NCBI GenBank assembly: GCA_963788655.1
Contig: CAWBHS010000060.1
Span: 64,001 to 128,000 of the forward strand
Source: an uncultured Verrucomicrobiae bacterium
Lineage (GTDB): Bacteria > Verrucomicrobiota > Verrucomicrobiia > Limisphaerales > JAFGQR01
Length of the DNA stretch: 64,000 bases
Reading direction: 5' to 3'
Both the position numbers and the translations under genes were made by a program. The notes under the pieces were generated by a model. The model did no database searches. It saw only the letters and a program-made list of their open reading frames with translations, and was not told where the DNA came from. Shown piece after piece: positions 1 to 8,870 of the stretch (positions are counted from its first letter, which is position 1; every line of letters begins with the position of its first letter).

Positions 1-1109
1 CGAACAAGCTGCCATTGTTGAAAAAGCAATACCAGCCCAAACAACAGGACAATCGCGCCGGCGGTGAAGCCGACGGAAGTGAGTTTGCGCGAGGCGTACT
101 TGTCGGCGAATTGCTTCCAAGCACTGATCTTCGGCGGCAGGAACTCGAAGCCTGTGGTCCGCCCGGCCAGGAATTCGAGCGCCAGGCTGAGGGCAGGGGA
201 AACCGGGGTACCGGCCGCCACCTGCACCCCCAGACCCTGGGGTTTGCAGTCGCGCACCAGTTCCACCTCCATCCCCAGTGGTTTCATCCGGGACTGCAGT
301 TGTTCGGCCAATTCCTCGGCCACGTCACTGCGGCCAAACACCCGCAAGGTCCGGAGCGTACCGCGCAGTTCCGCGGGCAATTGCCCGAGGGTGATTCGTA
401 CCTCCCGGGCCAGGTGATCGGCCTGCACATGTTTTTCGGCGCCCACCACTTCGAAGGCCCCTTCCACGGTGCGCAACGCCGCCACGCCGCCTTCGCCCGC
501 CACCAGCAGGCCAATGTGGTTCTCGCCCGGCACCAGTGCAATCGAACTGGCCGCGGATTCGGCGTCGGTTTGTTGCAACGCCACGATGCCGAGGGAAAAA
601 CTGACCGGCCGCAGTTGCGCTGCTTTCAAGGCCGCCTCCAGGCGCGTCACGTGGTCGCGGGGGATGCCGAGCAGCGTGGCGTATTTCTCGCCTCCTGGGG
701 TGGCATAGTGCGAGGTGCAACGCATCAACGTCTCGGGGCTGTACGGGAAGCCGCGTTCCGCTTCGATTTGGAGGAAACTGTCCAGGTCGGGACCTTCGAG
801 TTCAGGCACGGGAGTGAAATGACTCAGCATCCAGCTCAACGGCACGCACACGACGCACCAACGCTCGCGAACTTCCGCCGCGTCCAGGTGCTTGCGAATT
901 TCGCGCCCCACCAATTGCGGATCATCAGTCAACGGATCGAGCGACAGGGAAACGGCGGCGGTGTGTCTGACTTCCACATGCCCATTGGTCCGGCGCAGCC
1001 ACACGAGTTCCAGGCGTCCGGTATCAAACGAAAGCCCGAGCAGCGAAGACCCCGGTTGCCGTTTGAACGGGGTCATCTTGCTCACATCAAATTTCAGCAG
1101 GTCAATCAT
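1..1109 (-). CDS. PilM/GspL-like type II secretion / pilus assembly platform protein (3' end runs off the window)
   Basis: Absent from the ORF track because it has no stop in the window. I read it by hand from the ATG at 1109, which overlaps the gspK stop (ATGA): MIDLLKFDVSKMTPFKRQPGSSLLGLSFDTGRLELVWLRRTNGHVEV...FLQIEAERGFPY...FEFLPPKISAWKQFADKYASRKLTSVGFTAGAIVLLFGLVLLF. It has an actin-like PilM-type start and a TM helix near the window edge. Its position after gspK fits. Confidence 0.7.
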   Translation of the reverse strand, partial: MIDLLKFDVSKMTPFKRQPGSSLLGLSFDTGRLELVWLRRTNGHVEVRHTAAVSLSLDPLTDDPQLVGREIRKHLDAAEVRERWCVVCVPLSWMLSHFTPVPELEGPDLDSFLQIEAERGFPYSPETLMRCTSHYATPGGEKYATLLGIPRDHVTRLEAALKAAQLRPVSFSLGIVALQQTDAESAASSIALVPGENHIGLLVAGEGGVAALRTVEGAFEVVGAEKHVQADHLAREVRITLGQLPAELRGTLRTLRVFGRSDVAEELAEQLQSRMKPLGMEVELVRDCKPQGLGVQVAAGTPVSPALSLALEFLAGRTTGFEFLPPKISAWKQFADKYASRKLTSVGFTAGAIVLLFGLVLLFQQWQLV

Positions 1110-2572
1110 CGTTGGTTGTTGGCCAGAAGTTTCAGATCGTCGCGGACCTCCCGGCCCAGGGCCCAGCCCAGATGCGTGAGGTCTTGCCGGTAAACAATCC
1201 GGGGCATGCCGTCGCTGGTGTCGAAGACATATCTCACCCGTTGGTAGCCGCGGCCATAGTGGCCCACGGCGGCGATGTCCGCGGTAAATTGATAACTGTG
1301 CCCCGTCAAATAAGGCCCCGCTTGGAGGGCATTGGTCCCCTCAAGCACCTCGGCCACCCAGGCCAGGGACGGCGCATAAGACAGCGACGCTTGGTTCGCT
1401 AGACGATGGGCCACGAGCGTGCCGGCATTCTCCAGGCCAATGCCGGGGATGCACGCCAGCACGGCCTCGCTGGCCGTGTTCACGTTCACCAGTCCAGCAA
1501 CCGGGCTGTTCGTGCTCGCGGTGATGTCGTATTCAATCTGCGCAAATTCGTCGGACGTCATCCCGCTCTTCATGTAGAACTCGAGCACGCTGCCGATGGA
1601 ATTCGAGGTGCCGGAGGCGTTGCCGCCGCCATCGGGTTGGTCCTGGTTGCCGCCGACGTTGCCGGCCCCGCCGTCTCCGCCCGGTACGCCCAGTTGCTGC
1701 AGGATTTGGTTCGCGCGATCCGCGCCGAAGGTGTCCTGCAACAGAGTGGCTAAATCTTGTTGGTTGGTACTGTTGACGTTGATGCGGGGTTCGCCGTTGG
1801 TGCGGGTGGTCGGTTCCGCGCTATAAACGGTCACGTATTCCAACAATCCGGCGTTGAGCCAGCCATCGCTGTTGTCATTGGGCGGTGAAAGGTCGCCGTC
1901 GCCTTCGTTGGGGTCGAGCACGCCGTTCAAATTGGCGTCTTCGCCAAACAGATAGTCGAGGTTCATCCCGTAGACCAGGCGCAGTTCGTCCACCGATTCG
2001 AAGTTCGCGTTTTTGCACCGGTAAGGTGGATTGAGCCGCTCGTACAAATCGGATTCGGCACCGCCATCGGACGGATCGCTGTCGGAGTCGCGCCAGTCGA
2101 TGATGGCGGCCGCCAGTTCCGGAGTCATGTTCGGCAGCATCTCCAGCATTTCCAACGTGGCGGTATTCAGGTTCAATTTCGAGGCTTCATCCACCAGGCC
2201 AAAGACCGGTTCATCCTGGGCAACTTGCTGGTCCGGCCGGCCAATCAACCAGAAGTAGGTGTCGTCCACGGGCACCGCTTCGTAAAGATACGTCGTGCGG
2301 TCCGGCAGTGTCCCCGGCACTTGGGCGGTGGCGAGGATGTTGCTGACGTACCGCGCGGCGCCGGCAATGGCTTGCCCCGCTTCGATGCTGGCGACACGAT
2401 TGTCGGCGGCGCGCAGTTCGAACGTCATTGATGAAGCAAAATACAGCGCCAGGCTCACCAAACCGAACGCCACCCATAGGACGATGATCAACACCGATCC
2501 TTCGCCTGACGCAACCACATCCCGACGGTTGCGAGTACGCGGACAACGGCGGTTAGAGGTGGGCAACATCAT
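1106..2572 (-). CDS. gspK: Type II secretion minor pseudopilin GspK
   Basis: GSVLIIVLWV leader/TM segment, DEASKLNLNTA, AAAIIDWRDSD, KNANFESVDELRLVYG and VNVNTASEAVLACIPGIG (HhH) motifs. Start set at ATG 2572, which overlaps the gspJ stop (ATGA). Confidence 0.9.
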   Translation of the reverse strand: MMLPTSNRRCPRTRNRRDVVASGEGSVLIIVLWVAFGLVSLALYFASSMTFELRAADNRVASIEAGQAIAGAARYVSNILATAQVPGTLPDRTTYLYEAVPVDDTYFWLIGRPDQQVAQDEPVFGLVDEASKLNLNTATLEMLEMLPNMTPELAAAIIDWRDSDSDPSDGGAESDLYERLNPPYRCKNANFESVDELRLVYGMNLDYLFGEDANLNGVLDPNEGDGDLSPPNDNSDGWLNAGLLEYVTVYSAEPTTRTNGEPRINVNSTNQQDLATLLQDTFGADRANQILQQLGVPGGDGGAGNVGGNQDQPDGGGNASGTSNSIGSVLEFYMKSGMTSDEFAQIEYDITASTNSPVAGLVNVNTASEAVLACIPGIGLENAGTLVAHRLANQASLSYAPSLAWVAEVLEGTNALQAGPYLTGHSYQFTADIAAVGHYGRGYQRVRYVFDTSDGMPRIVYRQDLTHLGWALGREVRDDLKLLANNQR

Positions 2573-3363
2573 GGCTGCCCTCCGCTGGTTTGGTCGGTTT
2601 GATTGGTGGACTGCTGGACCACCATCGGCACGACCAGTTCGATTGGGTCCACCAGTTGCGGGACCGCCGATCCTGGATTGTCCGAGGCCAATTGAATTTG
2701 CACTTTGATGGCCTGGGGCAAATTGTTGGTTTCCGCGCTTGAATCCCAGGTTTCCATCCATTGGGTGCCATCGTAGAACTGGAAAAAGATGCTCTGCACG
2801 CCGCCCAGGAGCCATTGATCTTCCGATTGCTCTTGCAGCGTGGGCAGCAGGTTGCGGGTGACCGACCGATAGAGATCCATGCCGAAAGTGTTGTTCGTCG
2901 GCTCGGCCAGGTAGTAATACACTTTCTCGACCTCACCCCATGGTTGGTAATCATCGATGATGCCACTGGCGGTGTAAAACTCCGGGCTGGCTTGGCCTAG
3001 TGAAATGGCTCCTTCACCGGGCGCGGTCTGCCCTAATTGACTGAAGCTCGTCGAGGTGGTGGTGGTATTAGTGGAGGTGGACGAGGTTGGGGACGTTTGC
3101 AAGCCCCCGAACAAAGTCCCACCCGGCAATACCAGGTTGGCCAGATCGCGTTGCATGATCGCGAGCGTTTGCTGCAACGGCAACGCCGCCTCAATCGCTT
3201 TCGTGGTTTTGTTGCGCAGCCGCAGGGCTCCGTAGAAAACTCCGTGAATCGCCAACAACACAATCGAAAAAATGGCGACCGCCAACAGAATCTCCAGCAA
3301 CGTAAACGCGCGTGGCGGAACAACCGCGACGTTCCTGGAGTGTTGATGGCGGGAGGCGTTCAT
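2569..3363 (-). CDS. gspJ: Type II secretion minor pseudopilin GspJ
   Basis: Prepilin motif A|FTLLEILLAVAIF, MQRDLAN, and C-terminal FQFYDGTQWMETWDS...LPQAIKVQI. Start ATG 3363 overlaps the gspI stop. Confidence 0.85.
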   Translation of the reverse strand: MNASRHQHSRNVAVVPPRAFTLLEILLAVAIFSIVLLAIHGVFYGALRLRNKTTKAIEAALPLQQTLAIMQRDLANLVLPGGTLFGGLQTSPTSSTSTNTTTTSTSFSQLGQTAPGEGAISLGQASPEFYTASGIIDDYQPWGEVEKVYYYLAEPTNNTFGMDLYRSVTRNLLPTLQEQSEDQWLLGGVQSIFFQFYDGTQWMETWDSSAETNNLPQAIKVQIQLASDNPGSAVPQLVDPIELVVPMVVQQSTNQTDQTSGGQP

Positions 3364-3884
3364 TGCAGTGAAGTATCCACCAAAGTGCTCAGCCGAATGT
3401 CGTAATTCTGTCCCTGCACCGGGAAGGTCACCAGCACGGTGAGCAGGCGCAGGACGCCTTGGTTCCACGGTTCCAACTGGATCTGCCATTCGTAGTCCAA
3501 TACGCCTTCGTGGATGGTTCCTCGCTGGGAGGCAGACTGCCATTGCCGGGTGACCACCAATTCGTTCAACACCCGTTCGCCAATGCGGGCGGCGATGGCC
3601 TTGCGTTCGCCCAACTGTCCGGCCCGGTTGGCAATCTGCAAACCGTGAACGGCCACCGGAATCACAATGGCCATGAACAAGAGCGCCGCCAACACCTCCG
3701 CCAGCGTAAACCCGCCGCAGGCGCGGTTTTTCCTGGGGCTCGGACTACGTTGGAACCGTGTAGTCGCCGAGGTGACGAGGCGGATTGGTCGGGGCCCACA
3801 GTCCCCCCAGTCCGCCTCCTCACGTCGTCGGCTACAGGCGGCCGGTGTTTCCGCCAGGGCGTGAAATGTTCGGGGCAGCTTCAT
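3360..3884 (-). CDS. gspI: Type II secretion minor pseudopilin GspI-like, with a REP-derived insertion in its leader
   Basis: G|FTLAEVLAALLFMAIVIP prepilin motif and a short globular domain. It lies between gspH and gspJ. The only canonical in-frame start upstream of the motif is ATG 3884. Confidence 0.8.
   Translation of the reverse strand: MKLPRTFHALAETPAACSRRREEADWGDCGPRPIRLVTSATTRFQRSPSPRKNRACGGFTLAEVLAALLFMAIVIPVAVHGLQIANRAGQLGERKAIAARIGERVLNELVVTRQWQSASQRGTIHEGVLDYEWQIQLEPWNQGVLRLLTVLVTFPVQGQNYDIRLSTLVDTSLQ
3759..3836. repeat. GTAG-footed inverted REP pair (family A) inside the gspI coding sequence
   Basis: Arms TGTAGTCGCCGAGGTGACGAGGCGGATTGG (3759-3788) and CCAGTCCGCCTCCTCACGTCGTCGGCTACA (3807-3836) are 25/30 complementary. 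Same family as 38842-38927, 48461-48530 and 59351-59427. Confidence 0.85.
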
Positions 3885-3893
3885 CGCTCGCGG

Positions 3894-4469
3894 TTATCGG
3901 CGAATCTGTTCCAGAATGTTGGTTTCAATGTCATAGTTCAGCCGGTTGCGGCTCCGGCCGATCCAAATCATGTCGTTCTCCCCCTGCCGAAAGAGGATAT
4001 ACTCAGGACTGGTTTCGCCGATAAAACCCGCCGGAGTGAACCGGATGGTGGGCAGCTTGCCGACCAGTTGGACGGTGCGCCGCCAAGGAGTGACCAGCGT
4101 ATTGGTCAGGGACAATTCCACTTCCACGTCCAGGTCGCGGGCCAGTTCGAAGCTGACGGCGTTGGTGTCGTCTTCTTCATAAGTGCTTTCCGCCATCAAT
4201 CCATAGCGGCGTTGTTCTTGATCAATCCACAGCAGCATCGGCACGCCCTCCGCGACCGCACGGTTCCGACCGTAACGGGCCAGCGCCAAAAACCGATGTG
4301 CTTCCGAATCGAGATTGCGCCCGCGAAAGAACCGCGCCAGCGACGGCGCGCCGATTGCGAGCACGACCACCAGCAGCGCCATGACCAGAATCAACTCGAT
4401 GAGCGTGAAGCCACGGGCGGACGCGTCACGGCCGGCGCTGATTCGGCAGTTGCCAATTCGTAATGTCAT
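3894..4469 (-). CDS. gspH: Type II secretion minor pseudopilin GspH/FimT-like
   Basis: G|FTLIELILVMALL, LARYGRNRAVAEG and IRFTPAG motifs. Start is 4469 or 4481. Overlaps the 3' end of gspG. Confidence 0.85.
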   Translation of the reverse strand: MTLRIGNCRISAGRDASARGFTLIELILVMALLVVVLAIGAPSLARFFRGRNLDSEAHRFLALARYGRNRAVAEGVPMLLWIDQEQRRYGLMAESTYEEDDTNAVSFELARDLDVEVELSLTNTLVTPWRRTVQLVGKLPTIRFTPAGFIGETSPEYILFRQGENDMIWIGRSRNRLNYDIETNILEQIRR

Positions 4470-4938
4470 CTTCGGTTCCATCGCGGCCGTCCGCTCCCAC
4501 GGTCATCAAGTCGTACGAGCTGGGGTTGTGCCGGCCGGGGCATTCATAAATGTAGGCGTTGCCCCACGGATCCAGTGGAATTTGGCCCTTGAGATACGGC
4601 CCCTTCCAATTCTGCGCGTTCTGCGGTTGTTGCACGAGATCCTGCAAGCCATCTTTGCCCTTCGGATAATAACCATTGTCCACCTCGAACGCATCGAGCG
4701 CCGTACCGAAGGTGGAGATCTGGGACTGAGCGGCGGTTTGCCGGGCTTGCTCGGTGCGACCGGAGAACTTCGGCACCACCACCGCCGCCAGAATGCCCAG
4801 GATCACCAGCACCAACAGCAGCTCGATGAGGGTGAAGGCAGCCTGGCTCCGCGGGCACCGCCCCGCAGAAAGGCGTCCGTTCCGGATGATCGGTGAGCGA
4901 CAAGGTTCGGGTTTGAATCGGGAGTCTTTGATTTTCAT
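4426..4938 (-). CDS. gspG: Type II secretion major pseudopilin GspG
   Basis: A|FTLIELLLVLVILGILAAVVVPK, ALDAFEVDNGYYP, NWKGPYL, DPWGNAYIY and GADGRDGTEDDITNW. Start ATG 4938. Confidence 0.95.
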   Translation of the reverse strand: MKIKDSRFKPEPCRSPIIRNGRLSAGRCPRSQAAFTLIELLLVLVILGILAAVVVPKFSGRTEQARQTAAQSQISTFGTALDAFEVDNGYYPKGKDGLQDLVQQPQNAQNWKGPYLKGQIPLDPWGNAYIYECPGRHNPSSYDLMTVGADGRDGTEDDITNWQLPNQRRP

Positions 4939-4958
4939 GTGAACGTTCCGTTCCGTTT

Positions 4959-6212
4959 TTATTTGATGTAATCCTGCAAGGTGAAGATTGGGATGACCAT
5001 GCCAATGAAGATGGTGCCGATGAATCCGGCGATAAAAAACAGCATCAGCGGTTCGGCCATGGCTACGGCAGTCTTCAGACGGCGGTCGAGGTCTTCCTCC
5101 GTGACGTTGGCGATGCGCACCAATTCCTGATCCAGCCGTCCGCTTTCCTCGCCAATCGAAATCATTTCGAGCACCGAACCCTGAAACAACGTGCGGCACT
5201 CGGAGAGGCTTTCGCCCAGCGCCTTGCCTTCTTTCACGCGCTCAATCGAATTCGACACCGCGTCCACCAGGATTTGATTACCGATGGACCGGCGGGCGAC
5301 ATTCAGCCCATTGACCAGCGGCACACCGGCGCCCAGCAGCGTGCCGAGCATGCGGCAAAAGCGGGCCATGGCAAATTGCGCGGCCAGCGAACCCACGACC
5401 GGTGATCGCAAGATCAATCCTTCCCACGCTCGCCGTCCGGTGGTGGAAACGAACCAACTGCGAATCATGTAGCCGATGATAAATACTCCCAGCAACAGGA
5501 TCAGACCGTAAGTGCGGAGTGCGTCGCTGATCGATACGATGATTTGGGTCAGCAAAGGCAGGTGACCGCCAAAGCCTTGAAAGATGGTTTGGAACCGGGG
5601 AATGAAGAACACGAGCAGGAAGGTCAGCACGCAACTCGCAAGGCACAGGAGAATGGTGGGATACAGCAAGGCCGTCATGACCTTCGACCGCATTTCCTTT
5701 TCCCGCGCCTGGAAATCGGCGATCTGGCCCAGCACCACGTCGAGAAAACCACCGGTTTCGCCAGCTTCCACCATCGCTACGTAAACGCGCGGGAACGTTT
5801 CCGGTGACTTCGCCATCGCGTCGGCCAGCGACATGCCATCGACGACCAGATCGTGTACTTCTTTCCACTTGGCCTTGGCCACGGGAGTCGAAGCTTCTCT
5901 TTGTAGAATGACGAGCGCCCGGCTCAACGGCACGCCCGCGGCCAACAGGCTGGCCAGCAGACGGGTGAAATTTTCCAGAATCCGCGCCGAGATTTTATTG
6001 GCGCCGCCCAACGACAATTTGAACGACATCGGCGAACCGTTGACCTGGCCCTTGGCTGTCGGGGCTTTGCCATTGCCGCGCTCGGTCAGGCTGATTGGCC
6101 GCAAACCGCGGCCTTCCATCGTGCGAAAGGCTTCCTGGCGGCCCCCGGCCTCGAGCTGGCCTTCGGCGATGCCGCCATCGGTTTGCAATGCTCGGTATTG
6201 AAAAACGGGCAT
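4959..6212 (-). CDS. gspF: Type II secretion inner-membrane platform protein GspF/PilC
   Basis: MPVFQYRA start, two T2SSF repeats (LLAAGVPL...AGETGG; LLGAGVPL...IGEESGRLD) and TM helices. Confidence 0.95.
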   Translation of the reverse strand: MPVFQYRALQTDGGIAEGQLEAGGRQEAFRTMEGRGLRPISLTERGNGKAPTAKGQVNGSPMSFKLSLGGANKISARILENFTRLLASLLAAGVPLSRALVILQREASTPVAKAKWKEVHDLVVDGMSLADAMAKSPETFPRVYVAMVEAGETGGFLDVVLGQIADFQAREKEMRSKVMTALLYPTILLCLASCVLTFLLVFFIPRFQTIFQGFGGHLPLLTQIIVSISDALRTYGLILLLGVFIIGYMIRSWFVSTTGRRAWEGLILRSPVVGSLAAQFAMARFCRMLGTLLGAGVPLVNGLNVARRSIGNQILVDAVSNSIERVKEGKALGESLSECRTLFQGSVLEMISIGEESGRLDQELVRIANVTEEDLDRRLKTAVAMAEPLMLFFIAGFIGTIFIGMVIPIFTLQDYIK

Positions 6213-6357
6213 GGAAGTTCAGGCTAACCTTGATTGCCGTTGAAGTCTGGGGCGGAACCACGCGCCACGCAATTGGGCGCGGGGAATTGCCGGGCTGCGC
6301 CGGTTTTATTCAGGAGGCAGGCCACAGTTGGGCAGCCGCGTTGGGGAAGGGCGCCAC

Positions 6358-8100
6358 TCATGGCTGGGCCACCGCCACATCTTCCGCCGCGTTGTCTTCG
6401 ATGCCGCTCACCAAAGACTGAGCTTTCGTCACGCGCAACACTTCTTCGGGCGTGGTAATTCCGAGGCGCACCAACCGCCAACCATCATCGGCCAACAGGC
6501 GCATTCCGGCGCGCTGGGCCGCCTGGCGAATTTGGTCGGCCGAACTGTTCTTCAATACCATTTGTCGGATTTCATTGTTGGCGTCCATCCACTCGAAGAT
6601 GGCCCGCCGGCCAAAATAGCCGGTTTGCCGACACTCGCGGCAGCCAACCGCGCGGTAAATGGGCGTGTCAGACGGAAAGCCAAGTTGTTGCTTGAAGGCT
6701 CGCGCGGTGGGTGAGGTGTCTTCCTGTTTGCAATGATCGCACAGCACACGAACGAGCCGTTGCGCCAGCACGGCTTCGAGCGAAGAGGCCACCAAGTAAG
6801 GTTCGACGCCCATGTCCACCAGGCGGCTTAGCGCACCGGCGGCGTCATTGGTATGCAGCGTCGAGAACACCAGGTGGCCCGTCAGCGAAGCCTGCACGGC
6901 GATTTGTGCCGTTTCCTGGTCGCGGATTTCACCGACCAGAATCACATCGGGATCATGACGCAGAATCGAGCGCAAGCCGCGGGCAAAGGTCAGCCCCGCC
7001 TTCTCCGAGACTTGAATTTGGTTGACGCCCTTGAGTTGGTATTCGACGGGATCCTCAATGGTGATGATCTTGCGTACAGCGTCGTTGATCTCGTTGAGCG
7101 CCGTGTAAAGTGTCGAGGTTTTGCCACTGCCCGTCGGGCCGGTCACCAGGATGATCCCGTGCGGCAATCCCAGCACCCGGCGAAAGCTACGGACTTCCCG
7201 GGCGTCCATGCCCAATTCCTGCATGCCCCGCAGCGTGGCGTTTTGCCGCAGCAAACGCAGCACCACCGCTTCGCCGTGCAGCATGGGGATGACCGACACG
7301 CGGATGTCCACTTCGCCGTCGTCCACGCGGATTTTGATGCGCCCGTCCTGGGGCAAGCGTTTTTCCGCGATGTTGAGATGGCTCAGAATCTTGACGCGCG
7401 AAACAATGGCCGGTTGGAACCGTTTGATTTGCGCGGGCACCGGAATTTCCTGGAGCACGCCGTCAATGCGGTAGCGGATGCGAAGCTCATCTTCGAACGG
7501 TTCGAGATGGATGTCCGAGGCACGCAGTTCGATGGCGTCGCGAAGCACTTGGTTGACGAAGCGGATGATTGAGGCGTCTTCCGCAGCGGTATCGAGATTG
7601 TTGTCGTCCTCCGAGGTGTCATCGACTACCTGGAACGGCGCTTCTTCATCGAGCGTGTCGATGGTGTCGGCCCCAACACCCAGGCGTTTTTTCATTTCCC
7701 GCTGGATGGCCTCGGAGGGAGCGAGCACCGGCTTGAGCCGCAGGCCGGTCATCGTCTTGAGAGTATCCAGTCCTTGGGTGGCGAATAGTCGGCTGGTGGC
7801 GACTTCCACGCAGCCGTTGATGCGCCGCAGCGGGAGCAATTCATCCTTGAGCAGCACCCGGGCGGGGAACAAGGACAACACCTCTTTGTCGGGTTGCACG
7901 TCCTCCAAAGAGGTGAAGGCCAAATCGTATTCCTGCGCCAACCAGCGCAAGACATCTTCCTCCGACCGAACCGGCGCGTGTTCCCCGTTGGACTGGCACC
8001 GGGAAAGTTCCTGGGCGTCACTGGCGGACAGTTGCCTGCCCACCACCATTTGCTCCAGCAATTCACTGAGGGCCGGAGATTCTGAGGACACGGAATTCAT
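6358..8100 (-). CDS. gspE: Type II secretion assembly ATPase GspE/PilB
   Basis: ASDIHLEP, Walker A GPTGSGKTST, TIEDPVEY, LRHDPDVILVGEIRD, TGHLVFSTLHTN and the Zn motif CDHC...CREC. Start is ATG 8100 or TTG 8145. Confidence 0.95.
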   Translation of the reverse strand: MNSVSSESPALSELLEQMVVGRQLSASDAQELSRCQSNGEHAPVRSEEDVLRWLAQEYDLAFTSLEDVQPDKEVLSLFPARVLLKDELLPLRRINGCVEVATSRLFATQGLDTLKTMTGLRLKPVLAPSEAIQREMKKRLGVGADTIDTLDEEAPFQVVDDTSEDDNNLDTAAEDASIIRFVNQVLRDAIELRASDIHLEPFEDELRIRYRIDGVLQEIPVPAQIKRFQPAIVSRVKILSHLNIAEKRLPQDGRIKIRVDDGEVDIRVSVIPMLHGEAVVLRLLRQNATLRGMQELGMDAREVRSFRRVLGLPHGIILVTGPTGSGKTSTLYTALNEINDAVRKIITIEDPVEYQLKGVNQIQVSEKAGLTFARGLRSILRHDPDVILVGEIRDQETAQIAVQASLTGHLVFSTLHTNDAAGALSRLVDMGVEPYLVASSLEAVLAQRLVRVLCDHCKQEDTSPTARAFKQQLGFPSDTPIYRAVGCRECRQTGYFGRRAIFEWMDANNEIRQMVLKNSSADQIRQAAQRAGMRLLADDGWRLVRLGITTPEEVLRVTKAQSLVSGIEDNAAEDVAVAQP

Positions 8101-8149
8101 GAACAGCGCGCGCGGTTGGATCGAAGATACGTCTGCGAATGGCAAGGGG

Positions 8150-8665
8150 CTACTTGGCCAAGCCCATGGTCACCGCGATGGCTTCCTGCCGAACGGTGAG
8201 CACCTGTTTCAGCTCATTTTGGGCCTTTTCAAGAGCTGCTTCCTTTTGCTGCCGAGCGGCGCGGAAGGCAGCCAGCTTGGCCTTGATCTCTTCGGCGGGC
8301 GCTTTGGCGTCAATCGCTTTTTGCAGGGCGTCCGCTTCAGTATTGGCTTCCTGGTTGTTGCCGCCGCCGCGGTTTCCCTGACCGCCGCGACGCCCGAACA
8401 TGGCTCGGCCACCACCCATGCCGACTGCGCGGCGGGCTTCCATTACTTTTTCGATGCGGGTCTGGATGACCTGCCATTCGGCGTCATTGCTCACGCCAAA
8501 CGCTTCTTTGTAACGGTCCATCATCCGTTGCTGGAATTGTGCGGGGTCAAAATTTCCCCGACCTCCGCGGCCACCCGGTGCGCCTTGCGCGAGCAGATCG
8601 CTTGCCCCGAGGACTAGAACCGTGGCCGTTGCGGCCATCGCCAACAGTTTGCTGATTTTCATCAT
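8150..8665 (-). CDS. Secreted/periplasmic helical hypothetical protein (first gene of the T2SS operon)
   Basis: Sec signal peptide (MMKISKLLAMAATATVLVLGASDLLA|Q), Gly/Arg-rich linkers and a helical C-terminus ending LKQVLTVRQEAIAV, loosely like Spy/CpxP LTxxQ. Confidence 0.75.
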   Translation of the reverse strand: MMKISKLLAMAATATVLVLGASDLLAQGAPGGRGGRGNFDPAQFQQRMMDRYKEAFGVSNDAEWQVIQTRIEKVMEARRAVGMGGGRAMFGRRGGQGNRGGGNNQEANTEADALQKAIDAKAPAEEIKAKLAAFRAARQQKEAALEKAQNELKQVLTVRQEAIAVTMGLAK

Positions 8666-8745
8666 TTATCTTTTGTGACAGGTTGTGGTTGCACTGAATT
8701 CCAAGGCTCGCCAAACCGATCCCGGAATTACTCGGTATCTCTAGC

Positions 8746-8760
8746 GCACGTTCCATGCCA
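8746..8760 (-). promoter_or_regulatory. Sigma-54 (-24/-12) promoter for the T2SS operon
   Basis: Minus strand TGGCATGGAACGTGC has exact GG-N10-GC spacing and one mismatch to TGGCAYG-N4-TTGC. It lies about 80 bp upstream of ATG 8665. Confidence 0.65.
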
Positions 8761-8802
8761 TGGCAAAAAGTGGCATTTTTATGGCTCACACCACTCCCAA
8801 CC

Positions 8803-8849
8803 TGCGCAGCCTTTGCGCAGTCACCCTCCCTTTGCGCAGAGTTTGCGCA
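8803..8849. promoter_or_regulatory. Tandem enhancer-like sites TGCGCA-N5-TGCGCA (x2)
   Basis: Sites at 8803-8819 and 8833-8849 have centres 30 bp apart and lie just upstream of the sigma-54 motif. Confidence 0.55.
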
Positions 8850-8870
8850 ACACGAGGGAGCGTGTAAGAG

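Noticed and set aside
15..1193. 392-aa plus-strand ORF
   Set aside because: Antisense shadow of the minus-strand PilM/GspL-like gene, with no recognisable motifs.
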